A stretch of DNA of 64,000 nucleotides from an uncultured Poribacteria bacterium (GCA_958296135.2 CATQHZ020000001.1:384001-448000); one strand, 5' to 3'. Counted from the stretch's first letter, positions 30,052 through 41,635 are shown. Notes: generated from the sequence alone by a model not told the origin. Numbers and translations are program-made.

Positions 30052-30265
30052 CAGTGCTCTCCTAACAAAAGCGGTTTTTATTTCTCCCCGAAGGGAGTCC
30101 CAGCATCCTTTCCTCTCGGTATCAGGGCGCGTCACCCTTAATGTGATGCGAACTGAGGGGCAACAGCGGGGATGCCGGCTCGCCGCTTTGCAGCCATATA
30201 AACTAGGGCTCACGCAAAATTCCGTACGCCTCCTCGGAGGGGTGTTCTGTGTCAGCCCTGTTAAA

Positions 30266-30535
30266 TTACCTTCTTGAACCACCCGCGTGAGAACGGAAAG
30301 TCCGAGTCGGCGCGAACTCGCCGAGCTTATGCCCTACCATGTTCTCCGTAATATACACCGGAAAAAACTTTTTCCCGTTGTAAATCGCAAGCGTATGCCC
30401 AATCAATTCTGGCGTAACCGTCGAACGGCGCGACCAGGTGCGAATAACTCGCTTCGTTCCAGATCGTTCCATGGAGGCAACCTTCTTCGCAAGTTTGGCA
30501 TCGATGTAAGGGCCCTTCTTGATAGAACGCGGCAT
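30266..30535 (-). CDS. rpsS: 30S ribosomal protein S19
   Basis: MPRSIKKGP and [13 protein letters not shown] motifs. Confidence 0.97.
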   Translation of the reverse strand: MPRSIKKGPYIDAKLAKKVASMERSGTKRVIRTWSRRSTVTPELIGHTLAIYNGKKFFPVYITENMVGHKLGEFAPTRTFRSHAGGSRR

Positions 30536-30547
30536 AGCCTACCTCCT

Positions 30548-31366
30548 CTACTTTTTCCGCTTTCCAACGATGTAGCGGCTTGATTTTTTCTTCGGGTTTC
30601 GTGTCTTATACCCTTTCGTCGGAACACCCCACGGCGTGACCGGATGTCTACCGCCGGAGCTCTTCCCTTCACCACCGCCATGCGGATGGTCGATCGGGTT
30701 CATCGCGACCCCTCTCACTTTCGGACGCTTGCCCAGCCATCTGGCACGTCCCGCCTTGCCAATGACAATTTTGCTGACGTTGCCAACCTGTCCGAGTGTT
30801 GCCATGGCTTGCACTAGAATCAACCGAATTTCGCCTGACGGTAGGCGGATACGGGCATATTTTCCTTCGCGATCTACTAGTTGGGCAGCCCCGCCTGCGC
30901 TACGCACGAGCTGTCCACCTTTCCCAGGGCGCATCTCAATGTTATGGATTGATGAACCCAGCGGAATCTTTTCAAGCGGCAAGGCGTTCCCAACCCGAAT
31001 CTCAGCGTCCGCACCCGAATTCAACATGTCGCCTACCTGAACGCCGACCGGGGCGAGAATATAACGCTTCTCACCGTCAACGTAGTGGAGTAGTGCGATA
31101 TGCGCTGAACGGTTCGGGTCATACTCAATTGAGGCAACTTTGGCGGGGATGCCAAACTTATCTCGCTTGAAATCGATAATCCGGTACCGGCGTTTGTGTC
31201 CCCCGCCGCGCCGTCTCACCGTCAAGCGGCCGGTAGCATTGCGCCCGGCTTTCTGCTTGGTGCCTTTGACAAGAGATTTTTCGGGTTTGCGCCGCGTAAT
31301 CTCCTCAAAGGTATATCCTGTCATAAACCGGCGGCTTGGGGTTACCGGTGAATATGTCTTAGGCAC
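30548..31366 (-). CDS. rplB: 50S ribosomal protein L2
   Basis: IEYDPNRSA and [17 protein letters not shown] motifs. Confidence 0.98.
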   Translation of the reverse strand: MPKTYSPVTPSRRFMTGYTFEEITRRKPEKSLVKGTKQKAGRNATGRLTVRRRGGGHKRRYRIIDFKRDKFGIPAKVASIEYDPNRSAHIALLHYVDGEKRYILAPVGVQVGDMLNSGADAEIRVGNALPLEKIPLGSSIHNIEMRPGKGGQLVRSAGGAAQLVDREGKYARIRLPSGEIRLILVQAMATLGQVGNVSKIVIGKAGRARWLGKRPKVRGVAMNPIDHPHGGGEGKSSGGRHPVTPWGVPTKGYKTRNPKKKSSRYIVGKRKK

Positions 31367-31463
31367 TCTCAGTCCCTCCTAAGTTCGGTTGGTTCGGGTT
31401 GTCACCGCGCCAACCACCACATGCGCGCTTGCAACACGCGCCTGCGGAAACAAGACGCGATGC

Positions 31464-31763
31464 CTATATCGCCTCAAACGCCTGGATAGTCGCGCCTTCC
31501 CTCAGCGTGATAATCGCCTTTTTCCAATGGGGCCTGCGTCCACGTTTGTAGCGGTGCATCTTCCCTTTCGGTTTTCCGCGAACCTGCATGGTATGAACGT
31601 CAATGATATCCCCTTTGAGGTCGAACAGCTCCTCAGCGGCTCGGCGGATCTGGGTTTTCGTTGCATTCCGTTTGACAACGAAAGCATACTTGTTAGCTTC
31701 GCGGAGGACAGTGCTCTTTTCCGTAATCTGTGGGTGTAGGATAACCTGATATACGTCGTTCAT
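31464..31763 (-). CDS. rplW: 50S ribosomal protein L23
   Basis: PQITEKS, ATKTQI and WKKAIITL motifs. Confidence 0.95.
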   Translation of the reverse strand: MNDVYQVILHPQITEKSTVLREANKYAFVVKRNATKTQIRRAAEELFDLKGDIIDVHTMQVRGKPKGKMHRYKRGRRPHWKKAIITLREGATIQAFEAI

Positions 31764-31837
31764 ATTTTATCCTCTATCAACAGGCCGTGTTTCACGACAC
31801 TGCTCCCGGGTGTCCCAGATAATCGACAGGGACACAC

Positions 31838-32491
31838 TTATGCTTCCGAGTTCTCTGAACCCGGCGCGACAAACTTCGCCTCAAGTTTCTCTGCCGCTTG
31901 CTCCGTGATTACCAGTCTGTCGTGCCACATGACCTGGTAAATGTTCAGCATGTCCCACGTGCAGCAGTTAACCTTCGGAATGTTCCGCACGGAGAGGTAG
32001 ATATTCGGGCTAGGCTCACCAAGCACCACGAGCACCTTCCCTTCCGCATTCAATGCCTTAAGCAGGTTTACCATGTCCTTCGTGCGGGGCCGTTCAAGCG
32101 TAAAGTCTTCAACGAGGATGCACTGCTGATTTTGGAACCTGTCGGCGAGCGCGCTGTGTAGTCCGAGGCGGCGTAGCTGCTTCGGGGTGTGCTGCCGATA
32201 ACTCCGAGGTTTCGGCCCGAAGGCGACACCGCCATGCACTCGAATCGGGGATTTGGCATGCCCCACGCGGGCCCTGCCAGTTCCCTTCTGGCGGTATAAT
32301 TTCTTCCCACTGCCTTTCACTTCGCTGCGCGTTTTTGTGGATGCCGTGCCTTGCCGCTGATTCGCAAGATACGCGACAACGCACTGGTGGATTACAGGCC
32401 CGTTCACCTCAGCCTGCGTAAACGCATTCGAGAGCTCCTTCTCGTGAAGGACCGCGCCCTTGCGAGTGTGAACCGCTAGCGTTGACATCAC
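31838..32491 (-). CDS. rplD: 50S ribosomal protein L4
   Basis: RQGTASTKTRSEV, QKGTGRAR and GGVAFGPKPR motifs. Confidence 0.97.
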   Translation of the reverse strand: MMSTLAVHTRKGAVLHEKELSNAFTQAEVNGPVIHQCVVAYLANQRQGTASTKTRSEVKGSGKKLYRQKGTGRARVGHAKSPIRVHGGVAFGPKPRSYRQHTPKQLRRLGLHSALADRFQNQQCILVEDFTLERPRTKDMVNLLKALNAEGKVLVVLGEPSPNIYLSVRNIPKVNCCTWDMLNIYQVMWHDRLVITEQAAEKLEAKFVAPGSENSEA

Positions 32492-32500
32492 TTCTTCTCC

Positions 32501-33145
32501 TTATGCTTTCGGTGCCGCTTTGGAAGCCTGCCTGATTAACAGCAGACCATTCGTCGGGCCCGGAACCGCCCCTTTCACCACAAGCAAATTTCGTTCGGCA
32601 TCCGCTTGGATGATAGGTAAATTTTGGACGGTATGCCGTTTGGCACCGTAGCGGCCCGCCATCCGTTTGCCTTTGAAAACCCGTGAGGGAGTCGCACTCG
32701 CGCCGATGGAGCCGGGCCGACGCAGGTCTTGCTCACCCCCGTGGCTCTTTTTTCCCCCGGCGAAATGCCACCGTTTGACAACCCCGGAGAAGCCGTGTCC
32801 CTTCGAGGTGCCGCTCACGTCAACGAGCTCGCCTTCTGAAAAGAGGCTGGCATCAATAACGCTGCCCACAGTTACGTCGGCGAGGCTTTTCACACGGAAT
32901 TCGCGGAGCACCCAAGTGGGTTCAACTTGCGCCTTCGCGAAATGTCCCTGCTTCGGCCGGCTCGTCCGGCTCTCTTTCCGTTCTCCGAACCCCAATTGGA
33001 CTGCCTGATACCCGTCTCTCTCTTGCGTTTTGAGTTGGACAATCGGACAAGGCCCTGCTTCGATAACGGTAACAGGCACGACTTTCCCGGATTCCTCAAA
33101 GACCTGGGTCATGCCGATTTTTCGTCCGATGATTCCGTTCACCAT
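32501..33145 (-). CDS. rplC: 50S ribosomal protein L3
   Basis: GRKIGMTQVF, DGYQAVQLG and RPGSIG motifs. Confidence 0.97.
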   Translation of the reverse strand: MVNGIIGRKIGMTQVFEESGKVVPVTVIEAGPCPIVQLKTQERDGYQAVQLGFGERKESRTSRPKQGHFAKAQVEPTWVLREFRVKSLADVTVGSVIDASLFSEGELVDVSGTSKGHGFSGVVKRWHFAGGKKSHGGEQDLRRPGSIGASATPSRVFKGKRMAGRYGAKRHTVQNLPIIQADAERNLLVVKGAVPGPTNGLLLIRQASKAAPKA

Positions 33146-33257
33146 TTTATTTCTCCTTAGGACTTACGCGGAACAAACTCCATAGGTGCGCTTACAAAGC
33201 GCGCCTACCAGATGGGTGTTTTCGGTTTCCGACGAAGCCGAGCCCTCAGGTGGGTGC

Positions 33258-33569
33258 TTACAATAGGATGATTTTGACATCCACCCCGGCAGGCAGGTCC
33301 AAGCGCATCAAAGCATCCACGGTCTTGGGTGTCGTCTCAAGGATATCCAACAACCGCTTGTGAATCCGCATTTCAAATTGCTCACGCGACTTCTTGTCTT
33401 TAAAGGTTGAACGCTGGACAGTATAGATATGCTTCTTCGTAGGCAACGGAATCGGTCCGGAGACAGTTGCGCCGGTGCGTTTGGCGGTATCCGCTATCTG
33501 CTTTGACGACAGGTCCAACAACCGATAGTCAAAGGCCTTGAGCCGGATGCGAATTTTCTGGTTGTCCAT
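33258..33569 (-). CDS. rpsJ: 30S ribosomal protein S10
   Basis: [17 protein letters not shown] and SREQFE motifs. Confidence 0.97.
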   Translation of the reverse strand: MDNQKIRIRLKAFDYRLLDLSSKQIADTAKRTGATVSGPIPLPTKKHIYTVQRSTFKDKKSREQFEMRIHKRLLDILETTPKTVDALMRLDLPAGVDVKIILL

Positions 33570-33634
33570 TTCTTGTCCTTTTGATATAGCCCCGAGGGGG
33601 AGTTTTTACGCCTCTTCGGGGCCATCCAGCAGCA

Positions 33635-34834
33635 TTAGTCAAGGATTTTAGAGACAACGCCGGCCCCGATGGTATGGCCGCCTTCGCGGATAGCGAATCG
33701 GAGCTGTTCCTCCATAGCAATCGGCTTGGAGAGTTCCACCGTAATCTGCGCATTGTCGCCGGGCATAATCATCTCAATCCCTTCGGGCAGATCCATGTTC
33801 CCGGTTACGTCTGTCGTCCGGAAATAGAACTGCGGGCGGTATCCGCTAAAGAAGGGGTTCCAGCGGCCGCCTTCTTCCTTGGTGAGGATATAGGCTTCCG
33901 CTTCAAACTTCGTATGCGGTGTGACTGTGCCTGGAATCGCGAGGACTTGTCCGCGCTCCACTTCGTCCCGGTCGATGCCGCGAATCAGCGCGCCGATGTT
34001 GTCCCCCGCTTGCCCCTGGTCAAGGAGTTTGCGGAACATCTCCACGCCGGTGACGACGGTGTCCTGAGTCTCTCTCAGTCCGACGATTTCGACAGTATCG
34101 TTGGTGTGAATAACCCCGCGTTCCACGCGTCCGGTGACAACTGTGCCGCGTCCACTGATGGTGAAGATATCTTCAATAGGCATCAGGAACGGCTTTTCGG
34201 TATCGCGGACAGGCTCGGGGATGTATTCATCAACGGCTTCCATAAGTTCGCGGATAGGCTTACACGCGGCACTCTCCGGGTTGCCGGCGGCTTCCATTGC
34301 TTCGAGGGCAGAACCCGCGATGACAGGGACATCGTCGCCGGGGAATTCATATTCCGTGAGCAATTCGCGGACTTCCAATTCAACGAGCTCCAGCAGTTCG
34401 TCGTCATCCACCATGTCTGCCTTGTTGAGGAAGACGACGAGGGAGGGGACGTTGACTTGGCGTGCGAGGAGCACGTGTTCGCGTGTCTGCGGCATGGGGC
34501 CGTCGGCGGCAGAGACGACGAGGATTGCGCCGTCCATCTGCGCGGCACCGGTAATCATGTTTTTGATGTAATCCGCGTGCCCGGGGCAGTCTACGTGCGC
34601 GTAGTGCCGATTCTCTGTTTCGTATTCGACGTGTGCCGTGTTAATCGTAATGCCACGCTCTTTCTCTTCTGGTGCCTTGTCAATTTCGTCATACGTCATG
34701 ACGTAGTCTTTGCTGGCGAGATTGGAGAGCACCATGGTAATCGCCGCCGTGAGCGTCGTCTTACCGTGGTCTACGTGGCCGATTGTTCCAATATTGACGT
34801 GTGGCTTAGTTCTTTCAAAAGTTTCCTTAGCCAT
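33635..34834 (-). CDS. tuf: Elongation factor Tu
   Basis: [21 protein letters not shown] and YRPQFY motifs. Confidence 0.99.
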   Translation of the reverse strand: MAKETFERTKPHVNIGTIGHVDHGKTTLTAAITMVLSNLASKDYVMTYDEIDKAPEEKERGITINTAHVEYETENRHYAHVDCPGHADYIKNMITGAAQMDGAILVVSAADGPMPQTREHVLLARQVNVPSLVVFLNKADMVDDDELLELVELEVRELLTEYEFPGDDVPVIAGSALEAMEAAGNPESAACKPIRELMEAVDEYIPEPVRDTEKPFLMPIEDIFTISGRGTVVTGRVERGVIHTNDTVEIVGLRETQDTVVTGVEMFRKLLDQGQAGDNIGALIRGIDRDEVERGQVLAIPGTVTPHTKFEAEAYILTKEEGGRWNPFFSGYRPQFYFRTTDVTGNMDLPEGIEMIMPGDNAQITVELSKPIAMEEQLRFAIREGGHTIGAGVVSKILD

Positions 34835-34934
34835 TCTTTTTATCCTTTGCTAGTTGACAACAAGTATTACAAGCGACGGTTGCGAGGGACAGGTTTTCCC
34901 TCGCGCTACGGGTTCGTATCCGTTTGTCGCCTAA

Positions 34935-37046
34935 TTAATTACCAATTAAGTCTTCCCTCACGCTCGTGGGGACTTCGCTATAGTGCGAAAACTCCATGGA
35001 ATAGTTCGCCCTACCCTGTGTCAGGGAGCGGAGCGTCTTGACGTAACCGAACATTTCTGACAGCGGGACATCGACGAGGATATGCTGGATACGCGATTTC
35101 GTCTGCCGCCCGGTGTCTCGCTGCGCCGTTTCACGAATCTGTGCGCGCCGAGAATTCAGGTCACCGATGACTTTGCCGAGATACTCGTCCGGGACGATGA
35201 CTTCAACGTCCATAATCGGTTCAAGGAGCGTCGGATTCGCGCGTTTCATCGCATCCTTAAACGCCATTGAACCCGCAATGCCGAACGCGATTTCCGAAGA
35301 ATCAACGGGGTGGTGTGAGCCATCTATCAGCCGCACCGATACGTCAACGACTGGGTAGCCTGCTAGCACGCCGGCACTCATCGCATTTTCAATGCCTTTC
35401 CGAACGGCAGGGATATATTCCTGAGGAATGATACCCCCTTTCGTTTCGTCAGCGAATGCAAAGCCGTATCCCTTTTCAAGCGGTTCAACCTCAATCACGA
35501 CGTGCCCAAATTGGCCTCTGCCCCCGGATTGCCGCACGAAACGGCCAACCGATGTGACAGGTTCAAGGAGTGTCTCCCGATACGCCACTTCTGGGTTACC
35601 GACGTTCGCCGAGACGTTGAATTCGCGAACCAGCCGGTCTACGATGATTTCAAGGTGGAGTTCACCCATGCCGGAGAGTAACGTCTGCCCTGTTTCTGCG
35701 TCCTGATGCACCTTAAACGTCGGATCTTCCTCCGCCAGTTTTAAGAGTGCTAGGTTCAGCTTATCAATATCCGATTGTGTGCGCGGCTCGACGGCGATGG
35801 CCATCACTGGGAGCGGGAACTCCATCGTTTCTAGCGTGATATGGCCTTTCACGTCGCAGAGCGTATCGCCGGTCGAAATTTCCTTTAACCCGATGGCTGC
35901 TGCGATGTCGCCGGCGTAGACAGCGTGTTGCTCCTCGCGTTTGTTGGCGTGCATCTGCATCAAGCGGCCGATGCGTTCGTGCCTGCCGCGTTTGCTGTTG
36001 TAAACGGTGTCGCCCTTCCTCAGTACGCCGGAATAGACGCGGAGATACGTTAATTTGCCGACGTGCGGGTCCGTTATAATTTTGAACGCCAGTGCGCAGA
36101 ACGGCTCATCGTCGCGCGCGTGCCGAGTCTCGTCGGTTTCTGTCTTGGGGTTGATTCCGACAATCGGCGGTACATCTGTGGGTGCCGGCAGATAAGAGAC
36201 AATCGCGTCCAACAGCGGTTGGACGCCCTTGTTCTTCAAAGCCGTTCCGCACAAAACCGGCACAACGTTGCCGTGTAGCACGGCGTTTCTCAAGCCAGAC
36301 TTTATTTCTTCCGGTGAGAGTTCAACACCGTCGAGATACCGTTCTAGGAGTGCGTCATCGGAGTCGGCGATAGCGTCAAGCATCTGTTCGCGATACTCGT
36401 TCGCCATCGATTCTATCTCGGTCGGAATGTCTGTCTCATGGATGAGGGAGCCATCGCCGGTGGTATCCCACAGTTGCGCCTTCATGGCGATGAGATCTAC
36501 GATGCCGCTGAACCCTTCGGCAGAACCGATGGGGAGCTGCACCGGCATCGCTGTTGCGCCGAGCCGTTCTTCCATCATCTCCACGGTGCGGAAGAAGTCC
36601 GCGCCGGTTCTGTCCATCTTATTGACGAACGCGACCCGCGGGATATTGTATTTATCTGCCTGCCGCCAGACCGTTTCGGACTGCGGTTCGACCCCGCCGA
36701 CTGCACAGAAGACAGCGACGGCTCCGTCAAGGACGCGCAGTGAGCGTTCTACCTCAACGGTAAAATCAATATGCCCCGGCGTATCAATGATGTTGATCTG
36801 GTGCTTTTTCCATTGACAGGTTGTGGCGGCGGCGGTAATCGTAATGCCGCGTTCTTGTTCCTGCACCATCCAGTCCATCGTTGTCGTGCCATCGTCAACA
36901 TCACCGATGCGGTAGACTCTGCCGGTATAATATAAAATCCGTTCGGTTACCGTAGTCTTTCCGGCATCAATATGCGCCATAATGCCGATATTCCGCATGT
37001 GTGGCAGTTCTAGGCGTTGTGGGGTGTTGTCCTTTTTATCAGCCAT
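34935..37046 (-). CDS. fusA: Elongation factor G
   Basis: [18 protein letters not shown] and GMGELHL motifs. Confidence 0.99.
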   Translation of the reverse strand: MADKKDNTPQRLELPHMRNIGIMAHIDAGKTTVTERILYYTGRVYRIGDVDDGTTTMDWMVQEQERGITITAAATTCQWKKHQINIIDTPGHIDFTVEVERSLRVLDGAVAVFCAVGGVEPQSETVWRQADKYNIPRVAFVNKMDRTGADFFRTVEMMEERLGATAMPVQLPIGSAEGFSGIVDLIAMKAQLWDTTGDGSLIHETDIPTEIESMANEYREQMLDAIADSDDALLERYLDGVELSPEEIKSGLRNAVLHGNVVPVLCGTALKNKGVQPLLDAIVSYLPAPTDVPPIVGINPKTETDETRHARDDEPFCALAFKIITDPHVGKLTYLRVYSGVLRKGDTVYNSKRGRHERIGRLMQMHANKREEQHAVYAGDIAAAIGLKEISTGDTLCDVKGHITLETMEFPLPVMAIAVEPRTQSDIDKLNLALLKLAEEDPTFKVHQDAETGQTLLSGMGELHLEIIVDRLVREFNVSANVGNPEVAYRETLLEPVTSVGRFVRQSGGRGQFGHVVIEVEPLEKGYGFAFADETKGGIIPQEYIPAVRKGIENAMSAGVLAGYPVVDVSVRLIDGSHHPVDSSEIAFGIAGSMAFKDAMKRANPTLLEPIMDVEVIVPDEYLGKVIGDLNSRRAQIRETAQRDTGRQTKSRIQHILVDVPLSEMFGYVKTLRSLTQGRANYSMEFSHYSEVPTSVREDLIGN

Positions 37047-37259
37047 TTTTGTCCTTCAGAACTGACGCAGGTTCCATAATACCCAATTAACTTCTATAGT
37101 CAGGACAAGCTCAGACGAGCCCGAACGACAGCGGTGAATTCGGTATAATAGTTTTTCCGTAGGCCCGCTTTGTAAACGCGCCTCCCGGTTCCTGCTACGT
37201 GAGTTCTATCCCTCTTGGCAGCGTTTAAGAACCAGTCGCGATTCCTAAACTCTCTGCTG

Positions 37260-37730
37260 CTACCATCGGTAATGCGCGAAGGCTCTGTTGGCCTCGGCCA
37301 TTCGATGTTGTTCTTGTTTTCGTCGGATTGCGCCGCCTTCGTTTCGCGAGGCATCCATCAGTTCGCCCGCGAGGCGTTCGGCCATCCGTTTTTCGCCGCG
37401 GCTGCGCGCCGATTGGATTATCCAACTGAAGGCGAGCCGGGTTTTTCGCTCCGCCTTCACGTCAATCGGCACCTGATAGGTTTGGCTCCCCACGCGCCGT
37501 GGGCGAATTTCCAAGACTGGCTTGACGTTATTAATCGCTTGGCGAAACACGGCGAAGCCGTCTTCGCTCATTCGCGATTCAATAATCTCAAAACTCTCAT
37601 AGAGAATGCGTTGAGCCGTGCTTTTCTTCCCATCCAGCATGAGGCTATTGATAAATTTTGACACTACCTTGCTGCTGTGGATAGCATCCGGGCTGACATC
37701 GCGCTTGGCGACGTTTCCACGTCTCGGCAT
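37260..37730 (-). CDS. rpsG: 30S ribosomal protein S7
   Basis: MPRRG, DGKKSTA and MAEANRAFAHYRW motifs. Confidence 0.98.
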   Translation of the reverse strand: MPRRGNVAKRDVSPDAIHSSKVVSKFINSLMLDGKKSTAQRILYESFEIIESRMSEDGFAVFRQAINNVKPVLEIRPRRVGSQTYQVPIDVKAERKTRLAFSWIIQSARSRGEKRMAERLAGELMDASRNEGGAIRRKQEQHRMAEANRAFAHYRW

Positions 37731-37757
37731 GTTGTTCCTCCGGTTCTACAGAAGGCG

Positions 37758-38129
37758 TTAAGCCGGTTTCCTCGCGCCGTATTTTGAGCGGCCCTGCCGC
37801 CGGTTCTCTACACCCGCGGTATCCAGTTTGCCGCGGACAATGTGGTACCGGACATTGGAGAGGTCCTTCACACGGCCCCCGCGCACCAAGACGACGGAGT
37901 GCTCTTGCAAATTGTGGTCGATCCCCGGAATATAGCAGGTGGCCTCATAGCCTGAGGTGAACCGCACGCGGGCTACCTTGCGCAATGCCGAATTCGGTTT
38001 GTTCGGCGTAACCGTTTTCACCTGTAAACAGATGCCCCGACGCTGAGGGCACTGCTGTAACACCGGTGATTTCGTCTTCTTCCGGTACTGCTTGCGCGGT
38101 TTTTTGATTAGCTGATTAATTGTCGGCAT
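37758..38129 (-). CDS. rpsL: 30S ribosomal protein S12
   Basis: [17 protein letters not shown] and HNLQEHS motifs. Confidence 0.98.
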   Translation of the reverse strand: MPTINQLIKKPRKQYRKKTKSPVLQQCPQRRGICLQVKTVTPNKPNSALRKVARVRFTSGYEATCYIPGIDHNLQEHSVVLVRGGRVKDLSNVRYHIVRGKLDTAGVENRRQGRSKYGARKPA

Positions 38130-38411
38130 TTTCCTAAGTCCTTCGTTGTGCGCGATTGGAAACCGCGCCTACCGGGTTCGGCGCGCCCGAATCGACAGCG
38201 GCGAACCTATATGCATAAAAAAAGCCCCAAGCGGGGCCATGCAAGTCGGGTGCTGATGACAGCGCGCATCGCGCGACATCAACGCCGTATTGCAAATCTC
38301 TGAACACATTAAACGTGAAATAGCGAGTCAACGTTAGAATGTTTCCAAATAATTGCCCCTTTTCTTGTCCTAAAAGACTAAAAAAGACCCGGGAGGGTTT
38401 CCAAAAGTATA

Positions 38412-38440
38412 ATTATACCACAAAAATGTCAGTTTGTCAA
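38412..38440 (-). promoter_or_regulatory. Consensus sigma70 promoter of the str (rpsL) operon
   Basis: Minus strand TTGACA-17 bp-TATAAT with extended TG and A-tracts upstream. Confidence 0.85.
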
Positions 38441-38490
38441 ATTTTTCTTCGTTTTTTTTGAAAAAAAGTGACATTTTGTCAAATTTTTAA

Positions 38491-39705
38491 CTATTTTTTC
38501 AGTTTTCCGCGCAGAATGACGCTTTGGACGCTCAAATTTGGGTCCAACATGACGATATCCGCCGCTTTGCCGCGCGCAATTGAACCCATCCTGTTGGCAA
38601 TGCCTAAATTTCGCGCGGGCGTTAACGTTGCCATCGTCAGCGCGTCCTCTAGCGAATAGCCCCAATCGATGACGTTCCGGAGGCCCTCCATCAACGTAAC
38701 GTTTGCCCCGGCGAGCCGTTCTGTCGGTTTCCCGACATCGAGATACATCGCTCCAGCTTTGACAAACTTTTCTGCATCCAAACGATACGCCTCCAGTTCC
38801 GGCATATAGGTTGCACGCGCTTGCCATTCTTGGGGAGGCACTCCGGCGAGCTCGGTGCAGTCCGTAATCAGCCCGACACTCTCTGTGCCCTTCCGTCGGA
38901 TGAGCGCGTCACCCCAAAAGGGAGAGACGTGCCGTTCATCGACAATCAACTCCGCGTGGATGTCTTGATGCGCGAGGACTGCCTCAACTGCTCCGAGGTC
39001 GCGATGGTGCATGCCGCTCATCCCGTTAAAGGTATGCGTGGCGCGCGTGATGCCCGCGTCAATCGCCGCCATCGCCTCTTGATAGGTGGCATCCGTGTGT
39101 CCCATCGCAATGACAATGCCGTTATAGGCATCTGTCCTGAAAGTCGTGAGGTGCTTGATAAACCGAAAATCCTCATCCATCTCCGGCGCAACTGAAATCA
39201 CCTTGAGTGTGCCATCAGAAGCCGCCCACATGGAGTGGAATTCTTCAAAATTCGGCGGTGTGATAAACCGTGCATCCTGTGCGCCATTCCTCGCGAGACT
39301 GCCGAATTTCCCCTCTACATAGGCACCTAAAACACGGGCCCCGTCATCAACTGGGGCATCGACGACATTCGCTATCGCCTGCAACGCGCCGTTGATTACC
39401 TCCATGCTGGCAGATGAGATTCCCAAGACGAGCGTGGTGACACCTGCTGCCGCGTGTGCGCGTGCGACGCGCTGAATGTCTGCGACGCGGCCCGTCATCG
39501 TATCGCAGCCACCGCCGCCGTGAACAAGGCCGTCGATGAGGCCGGGGATGAGCATGCACCCGGTCGCGTCAATGACGTTAGCTTTGTCTGGCACAGCCCC
39601 GCTTGTCGTTACCTCTGTTATTGTGTCACCGTGAATGACGATTGTTCCGCGCCCGATATGCTTCGGCGTGTAGATGTCGCCATTCGTGATAGTCAGCGTT
39701 TCCAT
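38491..39705 (-). CDS. nagA: N-acetylglucosamine-6-phosphate deacetylase family amidohydrolase
   Basis: PGLID..HG, VAPE, MGHT, THTFNGM, ITD, TPARNLG and GKAAD motifs (somewhat divergent). Confidence 0.82.
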   Translation of the reverse strand: METLTITNGDIYTPKHIGRGTIVIHGDTITEVTTSGAVPDKANVIDATGCMLIPGLIDGLVHGGGGCDTMTGRVADIQRVARAHAAAGVTTLVLGISSASMEVINGALQAIANVVDAPVDDGARVLGAYVEGKFGSLARNGAQDARFITPPNFEEFHSMWAASDGTLKVISVAPEMDEDFRFIKHLTTFRTDAYNGIVIAMGHTDATYQEAMAAIDAGITRATHTFNGMSGMHHRDLGAVEAVLAHQDIHAELIVDERHVSPFWGDALIRRKGTESVGLITDCTELAGVPPQEWQARATYMPELEAYRLDAEKFVKAGAMYLDVGKPTERLAGANVTLMEGLRNVIDWGYSLEDALTMATLTPARNLGIANRMGSIARGKAADIVMLDPNLSVQSVILRGKLKK

Positions 39706-39707
39706 TT

Positions 39708-40211
39708 TTATGGTTCAGCAACAGTTCTTCGTGCTAAAAAGAGAAAACTATAGGCGTATGGATTTTTCTCATCCGGTTCGCAATCGATGCGTTTCACCTC
39801 TTGCCACGCCGATGAATCAAACGCGGGGAAGTAAATGTTTCCCTCAAACGTTGCATGCACTCTCGTCAGATAGAGCCGGTGCGCGTGTGGCAAAAAGGCT
39901 TGATAAATCGGCGCGCCGCCGCATACCATGAGTTCTTCGGCATCGGCGGCAATATCCAAGACTTCTTCTACTGAATGCGCAACGAGACAGCCGGACGGAG
40001 CCTGATACTTCATGTTGCGTGTCAGGATGATGTTAAGCCGTTTGCCGAGGGGACGCTTCAGCGTTTCAAACGTCTTCCTGCCCATGACGACAGGTTTGCC
40101 CACGGTCATGTCCCGAAAGTGCCGCCGGTCTGCAGGCAGTTGCCAGGGGATATCCGGTCCGTTGCCGATGAGGCGGTTTTGGTCCATTGCGGCGATGAGT
40201 GAGATGCGCAT
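39708..40211 (-). CDS. folA: Dihydrofolate reductase
   Basis: ISLIAA, IPWQLPAD, MGRKTFE and CGG motifs. Confidence 0.96.
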   Translation of the reverse strand: MRISLIAAMDQNRLIGNGPDIPWQLPADRRHFRDMTVGKPVVMGRKTFETLKRPLGKRLNIILTRNMKYQAPSGCLVAHSVEEVLDIAADAEELMVCGGAPIYQAFLPHAHRLYLTRVHATFEGNIYFPAFDSSAWQEVKRIDCEPDEKNPYAYSFLFLARRTVAEP

Positions 40212-40277
40212 GTTTCTTTCCAGATTGAAGCATGGTGAGGGAAACCCTCGGCGATTCGCGCTCGCCGGGCCCTCGCC

Positions 40278-40793
40278 CTAGGAGTCATCCTCTTTTTCTT
40301 CCTGCAATGCGCGTTCAGATTCTTCTATGCCGCTCAAAACCTGCTCTGCAAAGTGGATGACAGTTTCCCCAAGGAGGCGGGGTGCCAGTTTGATCTCGTC
40401 TTTCTCCTTCCACTCCACTTCAAATTCTTTGGCCTTGGCGAGTTCGTCAATGACATTTTCGACGGTTTTTGGCAGGACTTCAAAGTGCTCAGCGAGTTCG
40501 CTGATGCTCAAAGGTTCTTCAATTTGAAAAGCGAGCACCTCCATCCAGAGCCACATGCCGATGCGCCGCGCAAGCGGGGAGAGCTCCACCTCTGTATGCA
40601 CCAGGCGGGTTATTGCGGCGAAGCAGTAGGTGCCGTGATGCGGATAATCCGCCAATACTTCTTCCAATTCCTCAAAAGCGAGTTGGATTAAGAAGGCGGC
40701 TTCTTCCGGCAGCGAGAAGTCTTCAAGCGCGTCGGCGTAGTCGCCGTTGTGTTCCGGCCCGCCGAAGCTTAGGGTTCGCGGTTCGTGCGCCAT
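40278..40793 (-). CDS. Acidic hypothetical protein with a putative winged HTH
   Basis: LSISELAEHFEVLPKTVENVIDEL HTH-like pattern; GAGGA RBS. Confidence 0.65.
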   Translation of the reverse strand: MAHEPRTLSFGGPEHNGDYADALEDFSLPEEAAFLIQLAFEELEEVLADYPHHGTYCFAAITRLVHTEVELSPLARRIGMWLWMEVLAFQIEEPLSISELAEHFEVLPKTVENVIDELAKAKEFEVEWKEKDEIKLAPRLLGETVIHFAEQVLSGIEESERALQEEKEDDS

Positions 40794-40817
40794 TTGCGTA
40801 TCCTCTATTCGACTCAG

Positions 40818-41624
40818 CTAGACAATCAGCGGTGCGCGAATCGTATCGTGGTGTCGGTAATCAACTAACCGAATGTCCTGCATCTTGAAATCGTCAATGC
40901 AGGTGACGTTGGAGTTCAGTGCCAGTTTCGGCGGCGGATGCGGTTCGCGCTGAAGCTGCGTTTTCACCTGCTCAAAATGCGCTTGATAGATGTGCGCGTC
41001 GCCCAAGGTAACGATAAACTCGCTTGGTTCAAGATGCGTCACTTGCGCTACCATTGACAGCAGCAGGGAATAGGACGCGATATTGAACGGCACACCGAGG
41101 AACATATCACAACTGCGGAGATACATTTGCAGCGACAACTTTCCATCGGCGACGAAAAATTGGAAAAGGATATGGCACGGTGGCAGTGCCATCTGCTCCA
41201 ATTCGCCGGGATTCCACGCGATGACGATGTGTCGACGGCTGTGCGGGTCCTCCTTTAGTTGCTTAATGACTGCCGCCAGCTGATCGTGTTCGCCGCCGCA
41301 TGCTGTTCTCCACTGCCGCCACTGAACTCCGTAAATTCTTCCGAGTTCTCCATCATGTCCATGTCCCCATGCGTCGGCGTTTGCGTCCCATATCCGCGTG
41401 CCGAGTTTTTGGAACTTTTCAACATTGTGATATGCGCGTAGAAACCCCAAGAGCTCGGCTTTGACGGACCGGAACGCGAGTTTCTTCGTCGTCACCGCAG
41501 GAAACCCTTCTTGGAGATTGTAGCGCATTTGCATGCCGAAGAGCGCGCGAGTGCCGCCGTTTCTGCCGGCGCGGTCCACCCCAGTATCCAGAATTTGCTG
41601 CAAGCCTTCCAAATAAGGTTTCAT
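40818..41624 (-). CDS. thyA: Thymidylate synthase
   Basis: YGVQWR, MALPPCH, RSCDMFLGVPFNIASY and DAHIY motifs. Confidence 0.97.
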   Translation of the reverse strand: MKPYLEGLQQILDTGVDRAGRNGGTRALFGMQMRYNLQEGFPAVTTKKLAFRSVKAELLGFLRAYHNVEKFQKLGTRIWDANADAWGHGHDGELGRIYGVQWRQWRTACGGEHDQLAAVIKQLKEDPHSRRHIVIAWNPGELEQMALPPCHILFQFFVADGKLSLQMYLRSCDMFLGVPFNIASYSLLLSMVAQVTHLEPSEFIVTLGDAHIYQAHFEQVKTQLQREPHPPPKLALNSNVTCIDDFKMQDIRLVDYRHHDTIRAPLIV

Positions 41625-41635
41625 GCCTACCCTTT

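Noticed and set aside
33674-35041. 455 aa plus-strand ORF
   Set aside because: Antisense shadow of tuf. The same applies to the many shadow ORFs opposite ribosomal and enzyme genes.
35085-35135. REP insertion in EF-G ([14 protein letters not shown])
   Set aside because: The segment seems slightly longer than usual but has no GTAG/CTAC motif or palindrome.
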